DNA of 25,598 nt, taken from a virus (lineage: Duplodnaviria; Caudoviricetes). The translations under genes and the position numbers were made by a program. The stretch is taken from the IMG/VR virus record IMGVR_UViG_3300020591_000005, positions 1 to 25,598 of that record; one strand, written 5' to 3'. Every line of letters starts with the position of its first letter. The stretch's first letter is position 1. Positions 1-7,719 of this stretch are shown here, in pieces. The notes beneath the pieces were generated by a model. It did not search any database, was not told where the DNA came from, and saw nothing but the letters and a program-made list of their open reading frames with translations.

Positions 1-121
1 TACGGCCGCCGCCTCAAGACCCTGCGCGGCCTCACACCCTACGAATACATCTGCAAATGCTGGACAAACGAGCCTGAACGCTTCAGCCTAAATCCGCACC
101 ACCAAATGCCGGGACCAAACA
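1..121 (+). mobile_element. IS481-family insertion sequence, right end
   Basis: The transposase tail ends in ...CCGGGACCAAACA (IS481 ends are TGT...ACA). It is followed directly by CCTAGG (122-127), which fits the NCTAGN target preference of IS481. Confidence 0.8.
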
Positions 122-126
122 CCTAG
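1..126 (+). CDS. IS481-family transposase, C-terminal 41 aa (5' part outside window)
   Basis: Frame 1 reads YGRRLKTLRGLTPYEYICKCWTNEPERFSLNPHHQMPGPNT*. This matches the recalled 'RRLKTLxGLTPYE.IC..W..EPERF..NP.HQMPG.N' end of alphaproteobacterial IS481 transposases. Not in the ORF track because it lacks a start. Confidence 0.88.
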   Translation, partial: YGRRLKTLRGLTPYEYICKCWTNEPERFSLNPHHQMPGPNT

Positions 127-170
127 GCTGCCCGCCACTTCCACAACCAGACTTGCGAAAGGAGTGTGGC

Positions 171-1130
171 ATGGTTGCATTGCCACAAACGCCCGATCCA
201 ACTCTAGAGCTAGCTGACCGTGCTCTGGAAAATTCCGAAAATAGTCATCCGCCACGCCCCTATCTGGGCATGAGTTCCATCGGCGGCGCCTGCGACAGGG
301 CGCTTTGGTATGGGTTCCGCTGGGCCAGCCCGAAGAATTTCGATGCGGCAACGCTGAAGCGGTTTGCCGATGGCCATGCCACCGAGGCCGTGGCAATCGC
401 CAGATTGAAGGCAGTCGACACACTGGAGGTGCACGACCTCCATCCTGTCACTCAGCGTCAATTCGGCTTCGAAGATCATCAGGGCCATTTCCGCGGTCAT
501 ATGGATGGAGTGATCTTTGGCCTGATTCAGGCTCCAAAGACGTGGCACGTCCTGGAAATCAAGGCTGTTTCCGATCCCAAGTTTCGGGAACTGGAAAAGG
601 CAAAGGAGAAAGTTGGTGAAAAGCATGCGCTGCGCGAATGGAATGAAACCTATTACGCGCAAGCGGTGCTCTATATGGAATATGCCGATCTCAATCGGCA
701 TTACACTGTAGTTTGCACCGCTGGCGGACGGCGATGGATGTCTGTTCGCACGGAGGCAGATAAACCAGAAGCAACGCGCCTGCGAGCGCGCGCACTGGAG
801 ATCATTACCACCGACTCCCCGCCGCCCCGCATTTCGGAGCAGCCGGGATGGTATGTTTGCCGCTGGTGCGAACATTCTGCCACCTGCCACGAGGGCGCAT
901 TCCCCGAGAGCAATTGCCGTACCTGCCTGCATGCTTCAGCGGTAGGCAATGGCGAATGGCACTGCGCGCGCTTTGACCGCAATGTGCCGCTTGATGAGCA
1001 GCGCCAGGGATGTCCAGCGCATCTCTTCATCCCTCCGCTGATAAATGGCGAACAGATTGATGCCGGTTCCGATTGGGTCGAATACCGGATGAAAGATGGC
1101 TCCATCTGGCGAGATGGAGGGCGGTCATGA
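171..1130 (+). CDS. Phage Cas4-like / PD-(D/E)XK exonuclease with probable Fe-S cluster
   Basis: ATG at 171 follows AGGAG. Motifs: YLGMSSIGGAC, GH..E, GHMDG, LEIK, YYAQ..LYM, CRWCEHSATC, plus an extra C-terminal CRTC..WHC..C..H cluster. Confidence 0.8.
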   Translation: MVALPQTPDPTLELADRALENSENSHPPRPYLGMSSIGGACDRALWYGFRWASPKNFDAATLKRFADGHATEAVAIARLKAVDTLEVHDLHPVTQRQFGFEDHQGHFRGHMDGVIFGLIQAPKTWHVLEIKAVSDPKFRELEKAKEKVGEKHALREWNETYYAQAVLYMEYADLNRHYTVVCTAGGRRWMSVRTEADKPEATRLRARALEIITTDSPPPRISEQPGWYVCRWCEHSATCHEGAFPESNCRTCLHASAVGNGEWHCARFDRNVPLDEQRQGCPAHLFIPPLINGEQIDAGSDWVEYRMKDGSIWRDGGRS

Positions 1131-2719
1131 CCCTCCAATTAAGACCCTATCAGCAGAAGTGTATCGATGACCTGTTCAGCTATTTCCAGCGCCATGATGG
1201 CAATCCGCTCGGCATCATTCCTACAGGTGGCGGGAAATCGCTCATCATGGCGGAATGGTGCAAGCTGGTATTCCGCACGGATTTTCGCGCCCGCATCCTT
1301 GTCGTCACGCACGTCCGCGAATTGGTCAGGCAGAATTATGAGGAGCTTCTGAGCCTCTGGCCCGATGCGCCTGCAGGGATCTATTCGGCCGGCCTGAACA
1401 AGCGCCAAATCAATGCACGGCTGCTCTTTGCCAGCATCCAGTCGGTCTACAAGCGGGCCTTCCAGATTCAGCAATGTGATATGGTTCTTGTCGATGAGGC
1501 ACACCTCATCCCCTCGCGCTCCGACACGATGTATCGGCAGTTTCTGGACGACCTGCTTAAGATCAATCCACACCTCAAGATCATCGGTTTCACCGCCACG
1601 CCTTTCAGGTTGGACTCAGGCATGCTTCATCGCGGCGAAGGAGCGTTGTTCGATGCGATCGCACATGAAACCAACGTCCGCGACCTTATTGACCAAGGGT
1701 TCCTTTCGCGCCCTGTCAGCTACTTTGAAAGCTGGCAAATCGACACTTCCAACGTGGGTACACGTGCCGGTGATTTTATCGCCAGCCAGCTTGAGGTTCC
1801 CGCCCTCGATCCGAAGGCCATCGATAATATTGTCAGTCGGACAATCGCCTCCGGTCAGGATCGCAAGGGTTGGCTGGTTTTTGGCTGCACCGTCGCTCAT
1901 TGCAAGGCTCTGGCCCAAGAATTCACGGCTCGCGGGATCAGCACAGCCACAATCTTCGGTGATACGTCGGGTCCGGAAAGGGAACGGCTAATCGAGGATT
2001 ACAAGGCTCAGCGCATCCGTTGCCTTGTCTCAATGGGCGTCCTGACCACTGGCTTCAACGCCAAGCATGTCGACCTAATTGTGCTTGCACGGCCCACGAA
2101 ATCCACCGGCCTATACATTCAGATGGTCGGGCGCGGAACCCGCCTCCATCCGGGAAAGGATAATTGCCTGATCCTCGACTTCGGGGGCAATATCAGCAGG
2201 CACGGACCCTTTGATGATCCGAACATTCCGGATGATCGGAAAAAGGGGAAAGGCGACGGTGATCCTTTGGTCAAATATTGTCCAGACTGCGAGGCGGCAT
2301 GCGCCATATCTATCGGTTCCTGCCCTGAATGCGGCCATGAATTTCCGCCCGTTGAACGCAAGATATTCGCTGCTCCCGAGGCTGCTCCAATCATGTCTCT
2401 GCCGCCTGAATGGCTCGACGTCGACGATGTTTCGTTCAGCCTGCACGAAAAGCCCGGCAAGCCCATTTCGCTGAAGGTGACTTACCGGACGGGTCTGGTC
2501 AGCCATAATGAATGGATATGCCTGTCCCATGAAGGCTATGCCCGAACAAAGGCGGAAGGTTGGTGGCTTCGGCACGCGCAGGCGCCTGTTCCAGCCAATG
2601 CCGTCGAGGCCATGATGCGGCAGAAGCAGATCAAGGTTCCCGATCAGATCCGCGTTCGTAAATCAGGAAAATTCACCGAAGTCATCGCACACCGTCATCT
2701 ACGGGCGGACGCGGCATGA
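1127..2719 (+). CDS. SF2 DEAD/DEAH-box helicase (RadD/YejH-like) with C-terminal zinc finger
   Basis: ATGA overlap with the upstream stop. Motifs: LRPYQ, PTGGGKS, DEAH, TATP, LTTGFN, QMVGRGTR, CPDC..CPEC. Confidence 0.93.
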   Translation: MTLQLRPYQQKCIDDLFSYFQRHDGNPLGIIPTGGGKSLIMAEWCKLVFRTDFRARILVVTHVRELVRQNYEELLSLWPDAPAGIYSAGLNKRQINARLLFASIQSVYKRAFQIQQCDMVLVDEAHLIPSRSDTMYRQFLDDLLKINPHLKIIGFTATPFRLDSGMLHRGEGALFDAIAHETNVRDLIDQGFLSRPVSYFESWQIDTSNVGTRAGDFIASQLEVPALDPKAIDNIVSRTIASGQDRKGWLVFGCTVAHCKALAQEFTARGISTATIFGDTSGPERERLIEDYKAQRIRCLVSMGVLTTGFNAKHVDLIVLARPTKSTGLYIQMVGRGTRLHPGKDNCLILDFGGNISRHGPFDDPNIPDDRKKGKGDGDPLVKYCPDCEAACAISIGSCPECGHEFPPVERKIFAAPEAAPIMSLPPEWLDVDDVSFSLHEKPGKPISLKVTYRTGLVSHNEWICLSHEGYARTKAEGWWLRHAQAPVPANAVEAMMRQKQIKVPDQIRVRKSGKFTEVIAHRHLRADAA

Positions 2720-3048
2720 CCTGCGTTGTCTGCGGTCGGTCGGCACGGGGATATGCCTATCAGGAACCGAGCAACCCCTTGGCTCCAAAACTGGCAGCCT
2801 GTTCCATGCGCTGCCTTGAAATCATCTATCGCAATGGGAAGGTCGGTTTTGTGTTCAATCTCAACCATTATGAAAATCAGGCGGTCGATGCGGCATCGGA
2901 CGAGGCTGGCGCTTATCTCGAGGAAATTGGGAAGACCGACCTCGCGACCCTGACGCCAGACGAATGGCGTAACCTGATTAGTCTCGTCCTCGTAAAAGCG
3001 ACCGCCGAAATCCAGCGGCTTACCGATGAAAAGGCGGTGCCGTTCTGA
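2716..3048 (+). CDS. Small phage protein, DUF6511-like, N-terminal Cys cluster
   Basis: ATGA overlap. CVVC..CSMRC and AGAYLEEIGKTDLATLTPDEW resemble the family recalled between helicase and primase in alphaproteobacterial prophages. Confidence 0.7.
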   Translation: MTCVVCGRSARGYAYQEPSNPLAPKLAACSMRCLEIIYRNGKVGFVFNLNHYENQAVDAASDEAGAYLEEIGKTDLATLTPDEWRNLISLVLVKATAEIQRLTDEKAVPF

Positions 3049-5363
3049 TGATCGATTCCTTCCTTGCAAAAACCGCCGAAACCCTTGTCGACAACGGCTA
3101 TCATGTTCTCCCAATCATTCCGGGACAGAAGGCCCCTGGCTCTTACTCGCTAGGCCGATGGTCAACTATGCGGGACTGGCAACGCTTTTGTGAACGCCAG
3201 CCAACGCAGATCGAAATTGATGGTTGGCTCAAATGGCCAGAAGCAGGCGTCGGAATAGCCTGCGGTGCAATTGTCGGTATCGATATCGATGTGACCGATC
3301 TTGCGACTTCGCAGCGCATTGCGGAATTGGCGCGTCATCGCTTCGGGGACACGCCCGTGGTGCGGATCGGTAACCATCCCAAGCAAATGCTTGTCTACCG
3401 TGCGGAGCAGCCGTTTGCTTCTTTCGACGTAAAGCCGTTGCAGGTGCTCTGCACCGGTCGCCAGTTTGTCGCTTATGGTATACATCCGGATACTCAAAAG
3501 CCATATTCGTGGCCCCTTGCCTCGCTGACTGAGATCGACATCAGCGAACTGCCTGCAATTACCGAAGCTCAAGCTCGTAGCTGGGCGGCTGAGGCGATCA
3601 ACCTGATGCCGGTCGGTATGCGCCCTACCCACCGCGAGCGTCCAGCGGGCACCAACCCCGGAACGATCGAGCGCGCGACCTACGAAGCGATCCAGCAAGC
3701 GCTGGACTGGATATCGATCGACGCCTCCACGCCCTATGATCAATGGATAGAGATCGGCATGGGCATCCATGCGGGGATTGGAGAGGAAGGACGAACTCTG
3801 TGGCATAGCTGGTCAGAAAGAGATGGCGGCCGCTATGATGCAAAAGTCTGCGATCGGCACTGGAACAGTTTCGGCAACCGGACGGGTAATCTCGTCGGAC
3901 CCGGCACAGTTTACGAAAGGGCTATGATCCATGGTTGGAAGCCAGATGGTGTCCCGCTCTATGAGAGCGAGCGCGAAGCCATGGCCGCCGCGCCCATCTT
4001 CAACCTGACTGAACTCATCGCCAACATTCGCGCTCGCAATGCCCGCGAGCAGGGAGAAAACCCGCCCGAGCCTGAGTCAGAACCAGTCTATACCGTCCCA
4101 TCCGGCGAGCCCGCTTGGCTCCGCGATCTTGATGGTGGCCTTCGGATGTTTGTTGACCATTTTGTGGGCACCGCTCCCAGCCCGCAACCTTGGGTTACCC
4201 TCGGGAGTGCGCTGGCAAGTTTTGGAACGCTCGCCGGTCGCCGGTATGCAAGCCCGACCGACCTTCGCACTAATATCTATTGCATCGGCATCGCAGATTC
4301 GGGTGGCGGCAAGGACCATCCGCTCCGCGCGTCGAGCAAACTCCTGTCTGCCATTGAAACTAATGGCTGCTTGTTGGGAGGTTCAAAGATTGCCTCTGGC
4401 GCTGGTCTTGTCACCGCCGTTACTGCCAATCCTGCGATACTGTTCCCGCTCGATGAATTGGGCTTCTTCTTTCAGGTCGCGGCCGACCGCAAGCGCGCGC
4501 CAGCGCACAAGACAGAGATCGTCGACAACCTGACCGAGTTTTATTCGCTTGCCGATAGCACCTTTCTTGGAACGGAATATGCCGATCAGAAAACGCGCAA
4601 GAAGGAAGTGATCTGCCAGCCCTGCGTATCCCTCTTTGGCGTGACCACCCCCGCATCTTTCTGGGGCGCACTTTCGTCCGGCAACGCCTTGGATGGCAGT
4701 CTGGCCCGCATGATTATCTTCGAAAGCGAAAACCATTATCCTGATCCTCGACATGATCTGGAACGCCAGCCCATTCCATCGCAGCTAATCGATATCGCAT
4801 CAGCGGTCAGGGCAGGTGCTGAGGGGCATAACAGCTTTCCGGTAGGTGACGGACCAAACAGTACACCCAATCCTTTCATCGTACGCTATGCGGATGCAAA
4901 GGCAGCCCAGCGGGCACGTGACATTCGCGAATACCAGACCGAGCTTCTGCGTGAGCATCAGGGCACGTCCAGCACATCCGTTATTGCCCGCCTTGCGGAG
5001 AACGCTTCCAAGGTCGCGCTGATCAAGGCCATATCCGCAAATCCAGCAAGGCCTGTGCTCCGCCTGGCTGATCTTGAATGGGGATACGATGTGTCGTTCC
5101 GGTCAGTCAGCACTTTGCGACGGGCCATCGCTGAAAACATCGCAGACAACGAGCATGAAGCCACGTTGAAGCGCGTTCTCAAGATCATCAACGATGCTGG
5201 CTCAGGTGGCATTATTCAGAGCGATCTAACACGCAAAACGCAGTTTCTTGATAACAGGAAGCGCGCCGCAATCCTTTCTGATCTGCTGGAAGGCGGAATC
5301 GTCACGGCCCTAAAAACGGGCACAGACCCAAGCCGAATGAAAACGACCTATTTCGCCGCTTAG
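3048..5363 (+). CDS. Primase-polymerase (Prim-Pol) + PriCT-2 + C-terminal P-loop (DUF3987-like) replication protein
   Basis: TGATG coupling. AEP motifs GIDID and FVAYGIHPDT..PY.W. PriCT-2-like YDQWIEIGMGIH..W..WS. Walker A-like DSGGGKDH and Walker B-like LFPLDELG. Confidence 0.85.
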   Translation: MIDSFLAKTAETLVDNGYHVLPIIPGQKAPGSYSLGRWSTMRDWQRFCERQPTQIEIDGWLKWPEAGVGIACGAIVGIDIDVTDLATSQRIAELARHRFGDTPVVRIGNHPKQMLVYRAEQPFASFDVKPLQVLCTGRQFVAYGIHPDTQKPYSWPLASLTEIDISELPAITEAQARSWAAEAINLMPVGMRPTHRERPAGTNPGTIERATYEAIQQALDWISIDASTPYDQWIEIGMGIHAGIGEEGRTLWHSWSERDGGRYDAKVCDRHWNSFGNRTGNLVGPGTVYERAMIHGWKPDGVPLYESEREAMAAAPIFNLTELIANIRARNAREQGENPPEPESEPVYTVPSGEPAWLRDLDGGLRMFVDHFVGTAPSPQPWVTLGSALASFGTLAGRRYASPTDLRTNIYCIGIADSGGGKDHPLRASSKLLSAIETNGCLLGGSKIASGAGLVTAVTANPAILFPLDELGFFFQVAADRKRAPAHKTEIVDNLTEFYSLADSTFLGTEYADQKTRKKEVICQPCVSLFGVTTPASFWGALSSGNALDGSLARMIIFESENHYPDPRHDLERQPIPSQLIDIASAVRAGAEGHNSFPVGDGPNSTPNPFIVRYADAKAAQRARDIREYQTELLREHQGTSSTSVIARLAENASKVALIKAISANPARPVLRLADLEWGYDVSFRSVSTLRRAIAENIADNEHEATLKRVLKIINDAGSGGIIQSDLTRKTQFLDNRKRAAILSDLLEGGIVTALKTGTDPSRMKTTYFAA

Positions 5364-5389
5364 GAAGCAATGATCTTTACCTGCCAGAT

Positions 5390-5411
5390 AGCCGCCTTCG
5401 GGCGGCTTTTT
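5390..5411 (+). terminator. Rho-independent terminator ending the replication operon
   Basis: AGCCGCC-TTCG-GGCGGCT-TTTT: perfect stem, cUUCGg loop and U tract, 27 nt after the primase stop. Confidence 0.88.
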
Positions 5412-5422
5412 CATTGACCCAA

Positions 5423-5660
5423 CTTCAAATTTCAATCCCAATTTCAATGGCATTTTTGAAACCGTATGCCGCAGAAATCAGCCATTTCTGAGCCAATTTC
5501 AATATTTCAACGGGTCACCTTTTAATATGGGGTATGCCAGCCCGCCAATCTTACTTTGGAATATATATATTATTGAATATTGAAATTGGTCAAAAAACCT
5601 ATGTTTTCTGCGGGCAACGGCTTCAATTCCGTCTCTTGAAATTGGTTGAAGCCGTTGAAG
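5423..5660. repeat. ~240-bp AT-rich imperfect inverted repeat built from TTCAA/TTGAA units; candidate replication origin
   Basis: Nested complementary blocks: 5423-5428/5655-5660, 5438-5447/5636-5645, 5456-5465/5617-5626, 5467-5477/5605-5616 and 5493-5510/5573-5589, around an AT-rich core containing (AT)5. Confidence 0.8.
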
Positions 5661-5870
5661 CCGCTCCATTCATGATCCCCTTGCAGCCATGGGCCTTTTC
5701 CACTAATTTACGACACCTGACCTGCGACGTGCGACCTTGAGGGTTCGGCATGTCGAAATATCCCAATCTCCTTCCAATGGAAGCTGCGCCCTTCGCGGCG
5801 CTTTGCGCCATTCCTACCCCTGACCCCAGCCCGCAACGGGGAAGGATTATGAGGTGGTGTGGCCCACATG

Positions 5871-5902
5871 AAAAACGGCCCGGCAGCATAACCACCGGGC
5901 CG
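5871..5902 (-). terminator. Minus-strand terminator-like hairpin
   Basis: CGGCCCGG (5876-5883) pairs with CCGGGCCG (5895-5902). A5 at 5871-5875 gives a U5 tail on the minus strand. Confidence 0.6.
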
Positions 5903-6114
5903 AGGGAAGGTGGAATTGCTTCCAGCCTTCGGGTCGCGCGGTCAGCCTATCGCGGCTGTAGCGATTCGCATTGGATGAATCGGACGTTGGACAGCACCAC
6001 AAGGGACGGGGGTAGGTGATGGGCGTAATTATCGCGGTTGAGGCTGGCTGCGATGCGCCGGGACGCCTGCGAACGGATCGACGACATCAGTACGGATTTG
6101 GGGAGCATGTTGCG

Positions 6115-6747
6115 GTGAAGCTGAATATCGAGATCAAGAGCCGCGACCGCGATGTTATCGACGTCCGCCAGCCAAAGGCGGGGCCCACGCCAGAGCAGCG
6201 CCAACATGCCCGCTACGTCGAGCAGGATATTGTCGATACCGCGCCCGGTGGCCGGTCCATCACAATCGGCAAGGCCTATCGGCGCGAGGCGAAATTCGAG
6301 AAGATCAAGGGGCTGGGCGACGAGCAGTTGAAGGCGCTGCGGTTCTACCGCGCCACCTTCGACCAGTCGGAGGCGAGCGAGGTCAAATCGGCGCTGGACA
6401 TTCGGCCTTTCGGCAGCGGCGGCATGGCGGCGCAGGAGATATGGAGCGAGCGCCAGGCATCCGCCCGGATACGGCTGGCTGGGCTGGAGCGCGGCATAGG
6501 CGCGGTTGCCCACACGCTGCGGGAGGTGGCGCTGCACGATGTGACGTTCAGCGATCTGGCGATCAAGCGCTATGGCAGTCGCGAGGTGTCGAAGATTATC
6601 ACGGGCAAGGGCAGGCAGAAGCCGCGCATCGTGAATGAGATCGTGCCAAAGTCGGGCAAGCATCGGGAGGCGATCCGGGTGGAGTTCTTCCTTGCGGTCA
6701 ATCGGCTGGTGGGTAATGTGCGTCCGTATCTGACGACGGGGGAATAG
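6115..6747 (+). CDS. Phage protein, candidate late-transcription regulator (Q-equivalent position)
   Basis: Clear coding bias. GTG at 6115 follows GGGGAG; the ORF could extend to 6016/6019. Basic protein with PTPE and an HTH-like segment (LREVALHDVTFSDLAIKRYG), just upstream of the late promoter/terminator. Function is inferred from position. Confidence 0.55.
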   Translation: MKLNIEIKSRDRDVIDVRQPKAGPTPEQRQHARYVEQDIVDTAPGGRSITIGKAYRREAKFEKIKGLGDEQLKALRFYRATFDQSEASEVKSALDIRPFGSGGMAAQEIWSERQASARIRLAGLERGIGAVAHTLREVALHDVTFSDLAIKRYGSREVSKIITGKGRQKPRIVNEIVPKSGKHREAIRVEFFLAVNRLVGNVRPYLTTGE

Positions 6748-6749
6748 AC

Positions 6750-6986
6750 ATGAGCAAACGGGAGGGCTGGCGCCGCATTTACATTGTCGCGTGGGCTCCG
6801 ATCCTAGTCCTAGCCGTTGCCGCATTCGTCTTCGAAGTTGTCCGTGGGGTGCTTATTCTCGCGCGAACAGGCAGTGACTTCACATCGTTTGTTCGCGAAA
6901 ATGTTCTGGAGACCGTCCTGATCACGGTCGCCGCCATGGGCATTCTCCTCGTTGCGCGGTGGGTGTATCGTGGTTTCAAAGAATAG
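6750..6986 (+). CDS. Small two-TM membrane protein (78 aa), unknown function
   Basis: ATG 2 nt after the upstream stop. Two hydrophobic stretches with basic N- and C-termini. Confidence 0.7.
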   Translation: MSKREGWRRIYIVAWAPILVLAVAAFVFEVVRGVLILARTGSDFTSFVRENVLETVLITVAAMGILLVARWVYRGFKE

Positions 6987-6987
6987 C

Positions 6988-7016
6988 TTGCGCGGGGGCA
7001 GTGATTAGGGCATATC
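6988..7016 (+). promoter_or_regulatory. Candidate late promoter (sigma70-type)
   Basis: TTGCGC (6988-6993), 17-nt spacer, CATATC (7011-7016). Resembles alphaproteobacterial CTTG..N17..CTATAT promoters and lies just before a terminator and the packaging genes. Confidence 0.5.
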
Positions 7017-7043
7017 AATCAACATCGCTTCGTGCGACTTCGG

Positions 7044-7077
7044 AAGGCCCAGCGGCAACGCGAGGGCCTTTTTCTTT
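7044..7077 (+). terminator. Rho-independent terminator at the start of the late region
   Basis: AAGGCCC-A-GCG-GCAA-CGC-GA-GGGCCTT-TTTCTTT: stem with GNRA loop and U tract. Confidence 0.8.
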
Positions 7078-7319
7078 GATTTCTGTTCCCGCTCTGGCTG
7101 GTTTCTCCCGGTGCATCCTCTCCGCACTGATCCAGCTATCGGGGCTTGCCCAAGGCCAGCGGCTAATTCATCGCTACGGCGGATGGTAACGCAGACCTGC
7201 AGTGAGTGTCCGGGCTGGTGAGGGGATATTCAAAGTTCCACCCTCACAGGTGGAAGCCGCTGGGGTCGGTGATCCCTATCCCGGAGATGGGCTCCAGCGG
7301 CAGCATCATGGAGGCCGGT

Positions 7320-7604
7320 GTGGCCGAACCCGCACACAAGCGCTGGTACAAGACGGCTCGATGGCAACGTCTCAGAGCGAGGCAACTGGCATCGGAGCCG
7401 TTGTGCGCCATGTGCCACCCTCGCGTTACATCTGCCACGGTATGCGATCACAAGGAGCCGCATCGAGGCGATGAGGTGAAGTTCTGGACAGGACCATTCC
7501 AATCGCTCTGCGCGAGCTGCCACAACAGCGACAAGCAGCGCATCGAGAAGGGTGGCAAGCCGAGGCCGCGCATTGGGCCTGACGGTTGGCCAGAGAGTGA
7601 ATAA
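7320..7604 (+). CDS. Terminase-associated HNH endonuclease (HK97 gp74-like)
   Basis: WYKTARWQRLR..QL..EPLCAMC..ATVCDH..PHRGD..FQSLCASCHNS..IGPDGWP. GTG at 7320 follows GGAGG (7310-7314). Immediately upstream of terS. Confidence 0.9.
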   Translation: MAEPAHKRWYKTARWQRLRARQLASEPLCAMCHPRVTSATVCDHKEPHRGDEVKFWTGPFQSLCASCHNSDKQRIEKGGKPRPRIGPDGWPESE

Positions 7605-7719
7605 CCGGGGGGGGTAGGCGAAAGTCTGAGGCCCAGTCCTTTCTAGACCGGCGCGGACCCAAACTTCGCACGTTTGCAGATTGATTTCCTGAATTGGCCA
7701 ATGCGAAAGGAGGCCGACC
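7605..7719. other. Probable cos packaging region
   Basis: Non-coding gap between HNH and terS with a G8 run (7607-7614) then a GC-rich GACCGGCGCGGAC. This is where cos lies in HK97-like 3'-overhang phages. Exact cut site not determinable. Confidence 0.6.

Noticed and set aside
171-1130. Cas4-like gene as evidence of a CRISPR-Cas locus
   Set aside because: No repeat-spacer array or other cas genes in the window; the context is a phage replication operon, where solo Cas4-like nucleases are common.
5423-5660. TTCAA repeats as a CRISPR array or MITE
   Set aside because: Units are 5-10 bp, irregularly spaced and inverted about a centre. There are no constant-length spacers, clean terminal repeats or target duplication.
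5534-6019. ORFs 5534-5740 (+), 5623-5895 (-) and 5750-6019 (+)
   Set aside because: They cross the palindrome or terminator hairpin, have no clear RBS, and give atypical Pro/Arg/Ser-rich translations.
7140-7230. tRNA or self-cleaving ribozyme in the late leader
   Set aside because: No T-loop GTTCRA or consistent cloverleaf, and no hammerhead CTGATGA/GAAA core was found; kept only as generic structured RNA.
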